A stretch of DNA of 64,000 nucleotides from Nostoc sp. (GCA_036918135.1 JBALDB010000018.1:88113-152112), one strand, 5' to 3'. Positions 29,939 through 41,274 are shown, counted from the first letter of the stretch. A program made the numbers and translations. Notes: generated by a model not told the origin, from the letters alone.

Positions 29939-30559
29939 CTATATCCATCCTCGCAGCTTTTTATGTACCTGCGCCAAATACCACATATAATCATCAATTT
30001 TGTAATTATCGGCAGCTTTAACTATATATTCCTGAGCCAAATCGAGATTATTTTCAGCCTCATAATATAATCCTAAATAAAGATGACTGTAAAAATTTCC
30101 CTTTATCCCTTCTGACTGACCAACATTTAAAACATCATCTGGCGTACAATCTCCTGCATACAAATCATATACGCGCTGCATCACCCGTCGAGGGTCATTT
30201 TTCACAGTTAGTAAAGAATTACGCGCCTCTTCAACACCTGACAAACGAGCTGTGCAGAGATATCGCCATACTGTTTCTTCTACATCTTGAGCATTCACAG
30301 TCAAATCTATTTCAAACTGTTGAGCGCCCTCAGCGAATCTTTCTGCATAATAGTACGATAATCCACGTTGCCACAGGTAGGGCTTGACACGGGCATCTAA
30401 TTGTTCTGCTATATTAAAATCTTCAATAGATTCATTAATTTTAGCCAGTTGAAAGTTGACCATCCCTCGGCGAATGTAAGCATTGGAATTTTGGGGTTGA
30501 TTGCGAATGGTTTCGTTCCAGCGCTGGAGTTGATTTTCCAGAGAATTTGCAAAAAACAT
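29939..30559 (-). CDS. Tetratricopeptide repeat protein
   Basis: AYIRRGMVNF, LWQRGLSYYY and YSHLYLGLYYE TPR-like helices. Confidence 0.85.
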   Translation of the reverse strand: MFFANSLENQLQRWNETIRNQPQNSNAYIRRGMVNFQLAKINESIEDFNIAEQLDARVKPYLWQRGLSYYYAERFAEGAQQFEIDLTVNAQDVEETVWRYLCTARLSGVEEARNSLLTVKNDPRRVMQRVYDLYAGDCTPDDVLNVGQSEGIKGNFYSHLYLGLYYEAENNLDLAQEYIVKAADNYKIDDYMWYLAQVHKKLRGWI

Positions 30560-30730
30560 GAGTTGCCAAGCCTATATGGAAGATTAAGTAGCATATTTTC
30601 AGCTTTGAGGAGAGTACGTCAATCCCTTTTTTATCTTCCAAATATCAGGCATTGCAGATTAACTGAATAGTTAAGGTTAAAAAACTGTTTCATGTCATAC
30701 TAAATTTTGATACTCTGTATTCATTTTCTC

Positions 30731-31210
30731 ATGACCAGCATTATTGAATTTCCTTGGCAGCAAGAGGCAATTATTCGCCACAGTCAACGCCTAGTAAATA
30801 GTTTTCATCATTGGACAGGAAATTCTTTATTGGAAGTGAATGGTGTACCGCAGGAAATCGCACAGGTATTATTTGAAGCACCATTCGTTTTAGTTTCTCA
30901 TGGTACAGAGCCAGACCCAATTTTTAACTATGGTAATCGCAAAGCATTGGAACTATGGGAGCTTTCTTGGGAAGATTTTACTAGAATGCCTTCTCGAAAA
31001 TCAGCTCAAGAGGTAGTGCAGGAAGAACGCGATCGCTTATTATCACAAGCAGCAACTAAAGGCTTTATCGCCAACTATTCCGGTCTCCGCACTTCAAGTA
31101 ATGGTAAACACTTCTACATAGAAGATACTATCCTCTGGAACGTTTTAGATGAGCAAAATCAGCACTGCGGTCAAGCTGCTTTCTTCTCTAACTGGAAATT
31201 TATTACATAA
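30731..31210 (+). CDS. MEKHLA (PAS-like) domain protein
   Basis: SHGTEPDPIFNYGN..AL.LWE..W..F..MPSR motif. Confidence 0.88.
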   Translation: MTSIIEFPWQQEAIIRHSQRLVNSFHHWTGNSLLEVNGVPQEIAQVLFEAPFVLVSHGTEPDPIFNYGNRKALELWELSWEDFTRMPSRKSAQEVVQEERDRLLSQAATKGFIANYSGLRTSSNGKHFYIEDTILWNVLDEQNQHCGQAAFFSNWKFIT

Positions 31211-31415
31211 TTGAAGATAGCAAAATTCAAAAATACATCAGATTTTAAATAAATATCATGTACAAAAAGGTTGTACAAAAAACAATTTTCAAAAAAATAT
31301 TACATAAATGCTACTTGTTAACTTAGTTAAAGTCAAATCTATCCACGAGGTAGAAGAAAGTACTTGCACAATTCAGTAATGTAGAGTTTGTGTCTTAAAA
31401 TCAGGTAAAACGCCC

Positions 31416-32132
31416 GTGGTTCCCATTAGAGATAATAATCCCACAAAAATCACCCCTTATGTAACTTATGGACTGATTGCTGTCAATGTATTTGCATTTC
31501 TTTATGAAGCAAGTCTACCTCCACGAGCATTAAATGGGTTTTTACACCTTGCAGCTGTAGTCCCACGAGAACTTACCTTAAGCTTTGCTGGTAACTCTCT
31601 GCACCAACTAGTGCCAGAGTGGGCAACTTTAATTACCTCACAATTTTTACATGGCGGTTTCTTGCACTTAGCTGGTAATATGTTGTTTCTCTGGATTTTT
31701 GGTAATAACGTTGAAGATAAATTAGGTCATGCTAAATATTTAGTGTTTTATTTAGCTTGCGGTATTTTGGCATCATTGACCCAATGGTATTTTGCTCAAG
31801 ATTCTAGCATTCCTTCTTTGGGTGCAAGTGGTGCGATCGCAGGTGTGATGGGAGCATATATTCTTCGCTTTCCCAAAGCTGAAGTTCTCGGTATAGTGCC
31901 CTTAGGGTTTTTCTTCCCGACTTTCCGCGTGCCTGCATATTTCTTTTTGGGATTCTGGTTTCTCCAGCAAGCATTCTATGGACTTGCTAGTCTGGAAGCA
32001 CCTACCAACATCGGTATGGAAAGCGGCGGTATTGCCTACTGGGCCCATTCAGGTGGGTTTATCTTTGGGGCAATTCTCGGCCCATTATTAGGTTTATTTA
32101 GTGATAAATCTGAAGAAGAATCTTGGTCATAG
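31416..32132 (+). CDS. Rhomboid intramembrane serine protease
   Basis: FLHGG..H..GNM, GASG and WAH.GG motifs. Confidence 0.92.
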   Translation: MVPIRDNNPTKITPYVTYGLIAVNVFAFLYEASLPPRALNGFLHLAAVVPRELTLSFAGNSLHQLVPEWATLITSQFLHGGFLHLAGNMLFLWIFGNNVEDKLGHAKYLVFYLACGILASLTQWYFAQDSSIPSLGASGAIAGVMGAYILRFPKAEVLGIVPLGFFFPTFRVPAYFFLGFWFLQQAFYGLASLEAPTNIGMESGGIAYWAHSGGFIFGAILGPLLGLFSDKSEEESWS

Positions 32133-32322
32133 TAGTTCTCAGTATTTTTCTATTTTTAAGCTCATCCCACTCTTACAAAGGGGGGGATTTTATATTATTT
32201 GTCCTTTAGAATAATTGTCGAGATATTTTTACCAAACTATTCTGAGTTAAAATAATAAAACTCAACAACTGCTAGTAATACAAGTTATATTACATTTATT
32301 CAATAATTTAGGAAAAACATCT

Positions 32323-32994
32323 GTGTTTCCTCTTTACGATGAAAATCCCACGCGAATCACCCCGTATTTCACCTACGGGTTAATTGGCATGAATATTTTA
32401 GTTTTTATTCATGAGGTAAGTCTGTCAAATGCCCAATTAAATCAGTTTTTAAGTCAGTATGCGGTAATCCCTCAAGAGTTAACCACCAATTTATCTGGGG
32501 AATGGATCACACTAATTACGTCACAATTCTTACACGGTGGATGGTGGCACTTAATTTCAAATATGGTGTTTCTTTGGGTTTTTGGCAACAATATTGAAGA
32601 TCGTTTAGGTCATTTTAAATATTTAATTTTTTATTTGACATGTGGTTCTTTAGCTGCATTGTGCCAATGGTTTATTGGCGTCAATTCTGATATTCCTTCT
32701 TTAGGAGCAAGTGGGGCAATTTCTGGAGTTTTGGGTGCGTACATTATTCGCTTTCCCCACGCTAGAGTAATGACTTTAGTATTTTTGGGGATTTTCATCA
32801 CCACCATTAGAATTCCAGCACTAGTAATAATAGGACTTTTCTTTGTACAAAACGTGATATCCGGCCTTGCAAGTCTGCAAGCAGCCGCCCATATGAGTGT
32901 GGAAACTGGTGGAGTTGCCTATTGGGCACACATCGGTGGTTTTGTTTTTGGAATAATTCTTGCTCCCATATTTGGATTGTTTAGACGTGACTAA
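32323..32994 (+). CDS. Rhomboid intramembrane serine protease (tandem paralog)
   Basis: FLHGGWWH, GASG and WAHIGG motifs. Confidence 0.92.
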   Translation: MFPLYDENPTRITPYFTYGLIGMNILVFIHEVSLSNAQLNQFLSQYAVIPQELTTNLSGEWITLITSQFLHGGWWHLISNMVFLWVFGNNIEDRLGHFKYLIFYLTCGSLAALCQWFIGVNSDIPSLGASGAISGVLGAYIIRFPHARVMTLVFLGIFITTIRIPALVIIGLFFVQNVISGLASLQAAAHMSVETGGVAYWAHIGGFVFGIILAPIFGLFRRD

Positions 32995-33095
32995 TGGTCA
33001 GCCCCTGCGGGGAAGTCAAAAGTCATTTGTCCTCTGTTACAAAGTTCTGTTCGGAGGTTTCTTCCGAGTCGTGACTTTGCCCTTTATCATTTGTG

Positions 33096-33211
33096 ATATT
33101 ATGTCCGCCTAATTATAATTCCTGCATCTGTGCAAAAACCAGGAAAACCTCTTTCTCCCTGCCCCCTGCTCCCCTGCGCTCTTAATGATAGTCTTTAACC
33201 GGACATGATAT
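33096..33211. mobile_element. Putative MITE, 116 bp
   Basis: Terminal inverted repeats atattatgtccg / cggacatgatat enclosing an STRR tract. Confidence 0.55.
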
Positions 33212-33272
33212 GAGTGGGGACAGAGCATTGGGCATTGGTTATTCTTCCCATCTCCCCCACTCCCTATTTTTT

Positions 33273-35447
33273 CTAAATTTTCCTCGCACCTGCTGAAACT
33301 TCTTCTGATTCTTCAACATTTTCTGCTTCTACTTCAGATGAAAAGTTAGGTGGAGGTAGAGAAACGATAATATCAGCACCATTAATAATCGCTCCTAATA
33401 ACCCCAGTTCAGATTCAACCAATTGATCGATCGCTTCGCCTAGCATATTCTCTTCTGTATAATGTGGTCGCGCCACTAGTACCATGCCATCGCTGTAGGG
33501 TTGGATTAACAATGGGTCATTGGATAAACTTAACGGACTAGTATCTAATATCACTAAATCAAAACGCTCGCGGACATCATCCATCAGCCGCCGGATTTCG
33601 CTTGATTCGAGAATAGCAGCGGATTGGCGCACAGGACCGGGGCTGGGAAGAATGTATAAATTTTCTACATCAGGAACTAAACGAATACATTCACTCAAGT
33701 CAGCGTAATAACGCAGGGGTTCAATCGTGGCCTCAGGATCGGGAATTACTTTCAAGGACGTACAACGAGAAGGCGATCGCAAATCTGTTTCAATAATTAA
33801 AGTTCTTTTCCCAGCACGAGCAGAAGCAATACCCAAGTTATAAGCACTAGCCGTTTTACCCTCTAGGCTACTGGTACTAGTAATTAACACTACCTTTAAA
33901 GCCTTACCACCAATCCGCCGCAGATTACTACGAAACTTTTCATAAAACTCTAGATAGGGAGAATCTGGGGAAAGTACCACTGGTACTGCTTCTTTATCGA
34001 GATCCTCAACTAGCATTAAAGGCAACTCTCCCAACAGTGGCACTTCCCGTTGCTTGAGGCTCTCGCGGATATCTTCTCTGGTTTTGAAAGTCCCTTCCAA
34101 CGACCCCAATAAAAATATCACTCCGCCACCAACCAACACACCTAAGAAAGTACCTACAGCAAGGGTAATAGGTACACTCTTAGGCGGTTTGATATCGGGA
34201 ATAACTGTCGGCCGTCTGGCAACGCTGAGACTGCTGGTAGTTTCTGCCTCTGCGGTTTTCGCATCCGTTAGCTTCGCCTGCATTTGGTCATAGATGGCTT
34301 TTTTAAGTCCAACCTCCTGTTCCAAACGCCCTCGTTCTAATTGCTTATTTGGTATCAAAGAATACTCTTGTCTCAGTCGCGCTTCTTGTTGAATTTCTTG
34401 AGCTAGTTGTTGTTGGAGTGTCTCCCGTTGGGTTTGTAAAGCCACCATTTGGTTTGCCAACTGTTGGCGGGCTGGATCTAAACTTGATGAGGTGCGAATA
34501 CCAGCAATATTACCCCGAAGTGGAGCCGCCATCCCGTTACCACCTAACACTTCAGCAGCACGTTGTTGCAGTAATTCTTCAGCAGCTTGTTTTTGACGCT
34601 GCAACTGAATCATCGTTGGGTGTTCGGGTCGTAAATCTTTCCTTAGCAAAGCCATTTGCGACTCGCTTTGATAAATTTGCGATCGCAAGTTGGCAATAAT
34701 CGGATCGGCACTCAAAGCCGAAGAAACATAAGCCTGTCCGACTGTTAAACCTAACTTATTTTGTAAACTGCGAATTTGCCCATCAACGCCAGATATGGTT
34801 AATTGAATTTGCCGTTGGAGATTTTGGCTAGCAGTAACGGCGCTGAGCAAACTGCCATTTTCAGCTGCTAATATTGCCGTGCGCTCGATGCGATCGTACC
34901 GTTCCAACTTCTTTTCAGCAATTTGCAATTCCCGTTTAGCTTGTGGTAAGCGATCGTTAATTTTCTGAATAATTGCTTGTAATCGTCCAGTATTGATGTC
35001 ATTACTCAACTTGATCATTGATTGCATCAATTCCGCCAACACCTCTATGGCTCGTTTGGGATCGGTATCTACATATTTCAGTTCAAAGGTAGTAGATTCT
35101 AATTCTCCAGTCCTAGCATTTTTTTTAGGCAAAGAAAGGACAACACTCGCACCGAGTTGCTTAGGTTTAATATTTACTCTCTCTGCTACTGCTGCAATTA
35201 TCTGGTTTGATAATAAAACTTCCTCATTTAGTTCCTTACCTTGCTGTTGGATTTCACTACCAGTTGCAGAGAAAGAAACTGGTGGCCCAGCATAAGTAAG
35301 AGCCGCAGATGCTATGTAACTAGGAGGTGGTTCTGGTTGCATAGCCACCACCGTTGACCCCGCTACAATTAAACCGAAACTAGCTAGTCCAATCCACTTA
35401 TATTTTTCAAAAGCAATAAGATAGCGTTTAACAATTGGTGGGGTCAT
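33273..35447 (-). CDS. Wzc/GumC-like polysaccharide co-polymerase
   Basis: Two TM helices flanking a long coiled coil; cytoplasmic EGKT, ETDLRSP and VILDTSP motifs. Confidence 0.9.
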   Translation of the reverse strand: MTPPIVKRYLIAFEKYKWIGLASFGLIVAGSTVVAMQPEPPPSYIASAALTYAGPPVSFSATGSEIQQQGKELNEEVLLSNQIIAAVAERVNIKPKQLGASVVLSLPKKNARTGELESTTFELKYVDTDPKRAIEVLAELMQSMIKLSNDINTGRLQAIIQKINDRLPQAKRELQIAEKKLERYDRIERTAILAAENGSLLSAVTASQNLQRQIQLTISGVDGQIRSLQNKLGLTVGQAYVSSALSADPIIANLRSQIYQSESQMALLRKDLRPEHPTMIQLQRQKQAAEELLQQRAAEVLGGNGMAAPLRGNIAGIRTSSSLDPARQQLANQMVALQTQRETLQQQLAQEIQQEARLRQEYSLIPNKQLERGRLEQEVGLKKAIYDQMQAKLTDAKTAEAETTSSLSVARRPTVIPDIKPPKSVPITLAVGTFLGVLVGGGVIFLLGSLEGTFKTREDIRESLKQREVPLLGELPLMLVEDLDKEAVPVVLSPDSPYLEFYEKFRSNLRRIGGKALKVVLITSTSSLEGKTASAYNLGIASARAGKRTLIIETDLRSPSRCTSLKVIPDPEATIEPLRYYADLSECIRLVPDVENLYILPSPGPVRQSAAILESSEIRRLMDDVRERFDLVILDTSPLSLSNDPLLIQPYSDGMVLVARPHYTEENMLGEAIDQLVESELGLLGAIINGADIIVSLPPPNFSSEVEAENVEESEEVSAGARKI

Positions 35448-35570
35448 GGCAGAGGCGTATAGTTAGTCATTTATCATTAGTCACTTGTACTGAGCCAAGC
35501 CGAAGTATTAGTCATTAGGTATTGTTATTCTTCCCATCTCCCTAATCTCTTCACTCCCTACTTACTAATT

Positions 35571-36932
35571 TTAACGACCGCCGAAGTCATCAAAAAATCG
35601 GAGAAAGGACTGGACATTAAAAAACGGTTGAGTAATGGTACTTAGGAAATTAGTAATTCTACCGATAAGGTTCCGACCAACAACAATAACATCATTATCT
35701 TGAAGTGGGACGTTTTGAGATGCATCGCCTCCTAGAGCTTTTTTCGCATCAAGTTTTTGGGTAACAGCTTTGCCTCGTTCCGGATCGAAGCGAACCAAGG
35801 CGATATCGCGGAGGTTAGCTGTGTCAAGATTTACTCCTCCCAGAGCATCTACAAATGTACTGCCATTGGGCAGGGCTTGAGTAGAAAGACCTCCCGCAGC
35901 GTAGTTTAAAACTCGGACTCTGATTTGTGGTGTGGCTAAGGACGAACGTGCTACCAAATTGCGGTCATAACCGTCATCGTTGCCGACTTCACGACGAGGT
36001 ACAACGATCGCATCTCCGTCTTGTAAGCGTAAATTAGGGATTGAACCACCATTTTGCAGTGTTGCATACAAGTCAATAGTTTGTGAAACCACTGAACCAT
36101 CAATTAACTTGCGGCGTATTTGCACTTGTCGTAGGTCTGCATTCACCGTTGAACCGCCAGATATTAACAAAGCATCAGCAATGCGGGGTGTTGGTGAATT
36201 AATTGGATAAATTCCTGGTCGAAATATTTCCCCGCTAATCGTAACTTGGACTGGTCGCGCTCCTAGCAACGATACTACCACGATCGGTTCTACAAAAATT
36301 CGACTTAAAGCCAAGCGTATTTTTTCTTGAGCTTCTTCTAAAGTTAAACCTTGTAATGATACCGTTCCTACTTGCGGCACTACAACGTTGCCTTCTGGAC
36401 TAATCACAGCTTGAAAAGCAAAGTCTTGACGCTGACTTGCTAGGGCTAAAACTATTACTGGATCGACAACATAACGATTTAAACCCAAGCGAATTTTTTC
36501 TTGAGCTTCTTCCAGAGTTAAACCTTGCAAGGAAACTGTTCCCAGTAACGGTACTACAATGTTACCCTCTGGATTGATTACAGCTTGAAAGCTTAACTCT
36601 GGAAAGCGCTGAACCGAAACGCTAATTCCATCTCCAATTCCTAAGCGATAGGGACCAGGAGGGCGCTGAAGCACAACGCCAATTGTATCTCCTGGGCCTA
36701 AGAAGTAGCGGCTCAGTTGAGGCGAAGTTTCGTTATTTGCACTTGGAGGTACAACGTCCTCAGTACCCGGCACAGGGAAAGGGGGTTGCCCTTGAGATGG
36801 GAAAGGCTGAGCAACAACAATTTGGGTAGGTGCTGTTAACAAAACCCCTACTTGAAGACTGACAAAACACAGGGCGCTGAATGCACGCGTATAAGAGTTA
36901 GCAGTTATCAACATCGGTGCAGGAAAACTCAT
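35571..36932 (-). CDS. Wza-like polysaccharide export protein
   Basis: Duplicated Poly_export motifs and SLBB domains (LQDGDAIVVP). Confidence 0.9.
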   Translation of the reverse strand: MSFPAPMLITANSYTRAFSALCFVSLQVGVLLTAPTQIVVAQPFPSQGQPPFPVPGTEDVVPPSANNETSPQLSRYFLGPGDTIGVVLQRPPGPYRLGIGDGISVSVQRFPELSFQAVINPEGNIVVPLLGTVSLQGLTLEEAQEKIRLGLNRYVVDPVIVLALASQRQDFAFQAVISPEGNVVVPQVGTVSLQGLTLEEAQEKIRLALSRIFVEPIVVVSLLGARPVQVTISGEIFRPGIYPINSPTPRIADALLISGGSTVNADLRQVQIRRKLIDGSVVSQTIDLYATLQNGGSIPNLRLQDGDAIVVPRREVGNDDGYDRNLVARSSLATPQIRVRVLNYAAGGLSTQALPNGSTFVDALGGVNLDTANLRDIALVRFDPERGKAVTQKLDAKKALGGDASQNVPLQDNDVIVVGRNLIGRITNFLSTITQPFFNVQSFLRFFDDFGGR

Positions 36933-37144
36933 GTAAGAATATAGTCGCGCCCATTAGTTATTCTACCTAAAAATGTCCTTGATGTCTCTTTTGTCTGCAA
37001 GTATTTACCAAGAAAAAGCCGAAAAATTGTGTCAATTTTAATTTTTAACTTCATATTTTAAACATCTTTTAACTGAGTTTCAGCCATACAGCGATCGCAC
37101 AAATACTTCTTTAAGTTTCTGCACAAATGTAACTGTGACATAAT

Positions 37145-37864
37145 CTACATAAAAGCCATCAATGCAGCCTGCACCGTTTCACCAATAGACTCGGCTAGAG
37201 GCCAAGATGTTTCTACTTGTCCCAAAGGTTCCATCGGAATTAAAATACTCACGCTTACCCAAGGAGTGCGCTGCTTACGCCATTGTGACAATTGGTCTGC
37301 CACAAACCAGTTTAAAGGTGATGGATTTCCACCGTTTGGCATAGCGTACCATTCTAAGACAGCAAAGGTTTGCTGTTGTGTGGAGGCGCGAAAGAACCTA
37401 GCTTCTACTTTCGTTTCAACATTAGAAGCCAACTTCAGAGACGGTTTGACACTAAATTCAGCACCACGATATTGAGCTACATCCCATTGTCCCCAACGCG
37501 ACCTTCCCCAGCCGTTAACCTCTGTCCACTCTACCTCTGGTTGATCCATAGGGCCGTTTTGCGGCAACAAAAGTAAAATTGCCTGAGTTTCGGAGCCTAC
37601 TTTTTTAATTACCTGCAAAGACCATTTATGTTCGCCAATTTGCTGTTCTGTTTGTTCAACAGTTTGCCAACCGGGAATAGTTAACCCAGTCTTGCGGATT
37701 TGCCTTAATTCCTTAAGATTAGCTACAGGTGGCGGCTGTTTCCATTGCCAGTGTCCTGTTAGGTATCCGGGAACCCCTCCCATCGCCAAAAGTACTAGCA
37801 ATAACAAAAGTGCTGCTACCTGACTCAATTGGTTTTGTTTAAAAAATTTAGAGAAGGAAATCAT
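37145..37864 (-). CDS. Cyanoexosortase B system-associated protein
   Basis: N-terminal TM helix, Trp-rich (PGYLTGHWQW); directly downstream of the exosortase. Confidence 0.8.
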   Translation of the reverse strand: MISFSKFFKQNQLSQVAALLLLLVLLAMGGVPGYLTGHWQWKQPPPVANLKELRQIRKTGLTIPGWQTVEQTEQQIGEHKWSLQVIKKVGSETQAILLLLPQNGPMDQPEVEWTEVNGWGRSRWGQWDVAQYRGAEFSVKPSLKLASNVETKVEARFFRASTQQQTFAVLEWYAMPNGGNPSPLNWFVADQLSQWRKQRTPWVSVSILIPMEPLGQVETSWPLAESIGETVQAALMAFM

Positions 37865-37970
37865 TAGTAAAATTTGCAATACTTAGGCAAAATTTTACTT
37901 CAAAAAATCACACTATGAGTTCGGTGATATTTAGGACTTATGTGGGGAATGGGAAGAGGAAGTCAAAAGG

Positions 37971-38104
37971 CAATACGCTTGGGTTAAGCCTAAAAAATAA
38001 ATTGCATAGGTTGGGTTGAGGAATGAAACCCAACATTTTCGAGCATTTGTTGGGTTTGGTTTTGTTCAACCCAATCAACAATTATCCTTAACCCAAGCGT
38101 ATTA
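37971..38104. mobile_element. MITE with 17-18-bp TIRs and a 10-bp target duplication (Nezha-like geometry)
   Basis: AATACGCTTGGGTTAAG / CTTAACCCAAGCGTATT inverted ends; AGTCAAAAGG at 37961-37970 and 38105-38114. Confidence 0.85.
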
Positions 38105-38176
38105 AGTCAAAAGGTGAAAGGCAAAAGTAAAAACAAAAGAATATAAGTGCGTTTTTACTTTTTACCTTTTAATGCC

Positions 38177-39064
38177 CTATACCCCATCCTCAATTTCTTC
38201 AGATGCAGAGAAATAGTTAGTAATCCAATTAAGTAAAGGCACTAATGACACCAGCATACAAGCAGAGTATAAATCGCCGCCCCAACCCTCATGAAGCCAT
38301 TTAAAAGCCGCTTCTTGACCTGTGCCGTGAAAGAAAGTCAGTAAAGTATTACGAATAATATTGGCAGTAATACTAACGATCACACCAATAGATAAAAATG
38401 ATACAGTTGTGCGGCGTGAAGATAACGCGCCTGTCCAATAAAGCAACATCAAGCCGACATAGAGAGTAGTAAATAACATTTTTAATCCTGCACAATAGGG
38501 GGCAACTTCCACAATTCGTCCTCCTACGTAGAGATTTATCTCATCTACAGTTACTTCCATACCAAACTGATTGAGTATGAAGCCTGCGGTACCAGCAATG
38601 AAGCTTTGAAGAGGCAAGGTATAGGGAGCAATCAGGTAGGGTACTGCTGTCGGGGTTGCCAGAAATACCAGTAGCAACGGAAATGCTTGTAATCGCAAAC
38701 CTGATATTCCTTTAAACCACAAGCATAATCCTGCTAGGATAACGGGCAGCGAAAGGTTAACCCACTCTCTAACACCGCTCAGATAAAATACTCCTCCTAA
38801 TAACAACAAAACACCGCCTAAAGGATGGATAGTATCTGCTAGACGTGCCCACTGTTTCCGCTTCAACCAGCCCAAATAAGCGGCAAATGGTAGACCAATA
38901 ATCCCGTGACTGAAATATTCATGTTCTGTACTAATATTTTTGTGTAACCAACCATCGAGCCAATGTATCAATATGGGAGCATAAAGCAGCAGCAAAACGC
39001 CTAAAATGGCTAAATTTAACAAGCCTGACACGTTTCTGTTTTTAATTTGTTGCTGGAGTGCCAT
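38177..39064 (-). CDS. Cyanoexosortase B
   Basis: Multi-TM; EYFSHG, VAPYCAG (Cys), NIIR (Arg) and LHEG (His) exosortase motifs. Confidence 0.9.
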   Translation of the reverse strand: MALQQQIKNRNVSGLLNLAILGVLLLLYAPILIHWLDGWLHKNISTEHEYFSHGIIGLPFAAYLGWLKRKQWARLADTIHPLGGVLLLLGGVFYLSGVREWVNLSLPVILAGLCLWFKGISGLRLQAFPLLLVFLATPTAVPYLIAPYTLPLQSFIAGTAGFILNQFGMEVTVDEINLYVGGRIVEVAPYCAGLKMLFTTLYVGLMLLYWTGALSSRRTTVSFLSIGVIVSITANIIRNTLLTFFHGTGQEAAFKWLHEGWGGDLYSACMLVSLVPLLNWITNYFSASEEIEDGV

Positions 39065-39244
39065 AATTTTAATTAATTATTGGTCATTAGTCTTCTGTTA
39101 CAAAGTTACGAGCAAACGAAACCTCCGCTCAACGCTACAAGATTCCGACGCAGGGCGCTGAGGTAGCAGTGGCTCGATGCGCTATGTCATTAGTCATTTA
39201 TTTAAAACTAATGCCTTATGCTCTGTTTGCCCAATGTCCAATGA

Positions 39245-40426
39245 CTAATGAATAAGATTTACAGAGTAGGATTTATCTAGCTCAGAATCCTTTGAAACTG
39301 CATTGGCAATTGCTGCTACAACTTCTTTAATTTGGCTACTGCTCAAACCAGGATACATAGGTAATGATAATATTTGCTTTGATAACTTTTCTGCTTCGGG
39401 AAAATCTCCAGACTGATAGCCTAAATAACTAAATGCTGGCTGGAGATGACAAGGAATGGGGTAATGAATACCAGTTTGAATTCCCGCTGCTGTTAGTTCT
39501 TCCTGGAGTTGCTGGCGTTCTATAGGGCAAGAATCATCAATTCTAATCACATAAAGATGATAAACGTGTCCTGTTCCACTTTGGTTTTCGAGTGGGATAA
39601 TACCAAGAGTTGCTAAAGGTGCTAATTCTCGATCGTACTCCTTGGCGATATTCAAGCGATCGCGATTCCACTGTGGTAAATATGGTAGTTTCTGGTGCAA
39701 GATAGCTGCTTGCAAAGTATCTAAGCGGCTATTTGTACCCGGTTCTGTGTGAAAATATTTTTGCGATGCGCCATAATTTCGCAAGCGTACCATCTTCTGA
39801 GCTACATCTGAATTTTGTGTTAGTAGCATTCCCCCATCTCCAAATGCTCCCAAATTTTTGCTGGGATAGAAACTGAAAGCTGCTGCTATTCCGACTGAAC
39901 CAGCGTGATATCCGTCTCTTTGGGCGAGGTGTGCTTGTGCTGCATCTTCAAAAATTAGTAGTTTGTAGGTATCAGCAAAATCGAATAGATTCTGTGGCAA
40001 TACCATTTGACCATAGAGATGTACAGGAATAATTGCTTTAGTATGAGGCGTAATTGCCTTTGCTGCTGCTTTTAAGTCGATTAAAGCTTGGCGATTGCAA
40101 TCTACTAAAATTGGCTTTGCACCAGTGCGTAAGACTCCAATCAAGGTTGCGACAAAAGTATTTGCTGGTAAAATCACTTCATCGCCAATACCAATATTAC
40201 ACGCTTGTAATCCCAAGGCGATCGCATCTGTTCCCGATGCCACGCCAACTCCATACTTTGCCCCAGACACTGCCGCAAATGCTGCTTCAAAATCCGAGAG
40301 TGCTTGCCCTAAAATAAAATCACCCCGTTCCAAGACAGATTGGATTGCATTTTGCAGCTGCGCTTGAATTGGTTCGTGTTGTAACCTCAGGTCTACAAAA
40401 GGAACTCTAATAGCCATTTTATTCAT
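39245..40426 (-). CDS. DegT/DnrJ/EryC1/StrS sugar aminotransferase
   Basis: SGTDA, EDAAQA, SFYPSKNLG and NSRLD motifs. Confidence 0.93.
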   Translation of the reverse strand: MNKMAIRVPFVDLRLQHEPIQAQLQNAIQSVLERGDFILGQALSDFEAAFAAVSGAKYGVGVASGTDAIALGLQACNIGIGDEVILPANTFVATLIGVLRTGAKPILVDCNRQALIDLKAAAKAITPHTKAIIPVHLYGQMVLPQNLFDFADTYKLLIFEDAAQAHLAQRDGYHAGSVGIAAAFSFYPSKNLGAFGDGGMLLTQNSDVAQKMVRLRNYGASQKYFHTEPGTNSRLDTLQAAILHQKLPYLPQWNRDRLNIAKEYDRELAPLATLGIIPLENQSGTGHVYHLYVIRIDDSCPIERQQLQEELTAAGIQTGIHYPIPCHLQPAFSYLGYQSGDFPEAEKLSKQILSLPMYPGLSSSQIKEVVAAIANAVSKDSELDKSYSVNLIH

Positions 40427-41274
40427 TATTATTTGTCCTCTAATTCACTATTTGTTTGTGTTTATTTAGGGTTGATTCCAAAATAAAATTAAAAATATTT
40501 TATGTAATTTACTTCTATTATTCTCCATACAAATAAATTAATTTTATATATAAGCTTGAAATTATCTATAATTTTTACTATTAACTTGTAAGAAGTTTAA
40601 TCTATTTATATAAATTGCCTTGTCTTGTTTAGTCTAAATAACCACTTTCCACCTAAAAAATATGAATTTTTTAAATTTGCAAAAACTCTGTAGCTTGCCT
40701 AGAGCAGGGTAAGTTAGTTTCTAAATATTCAGATGACACTTGATTTGAGTCAAAAGTCTAGATTTCAGTCGCTCGTTTCTGGAAGCCAAAAGACTTAGCT
40801 GACTCTCCAATGTAGTACCTCAAATTTCCTAAACAAATTTTTAATTTTGAATTTGGCGCAACGATACTAGCTATTACCAGGAAATTTTGTTAATAACAAT
40901 TACATTAAAAGAACTTTTTTAAGTAAAAATACGCTAAATATCCTAACAAAAATTTTCCGTTTTGTACATCAAGAATCATAGACCCTTTATTGTATCCTTA
41001 AAGTTAGGTTACCCTGGCTGAATCAAAATCTAACGCAGTCTGATTGTAAAATCTAAAGTAATAGAGACTACATCAGCGATCGATAGAGAACATTCAGTAC
41101 CAGTAAATAGTAATTAGTACAGACTCCGTAGCCGACTTAATGGAAGAGGTAAAAAATTTTTGCCTCAAACTTGTTTGTCAGAGGCAAAATTAGGGAATGC
41201 TTAAAAATAGCAATTGATAACCCAGAAATAGGGCGTATATCAATTTACATTATCGAGAAATTATTAAGGTAGCA

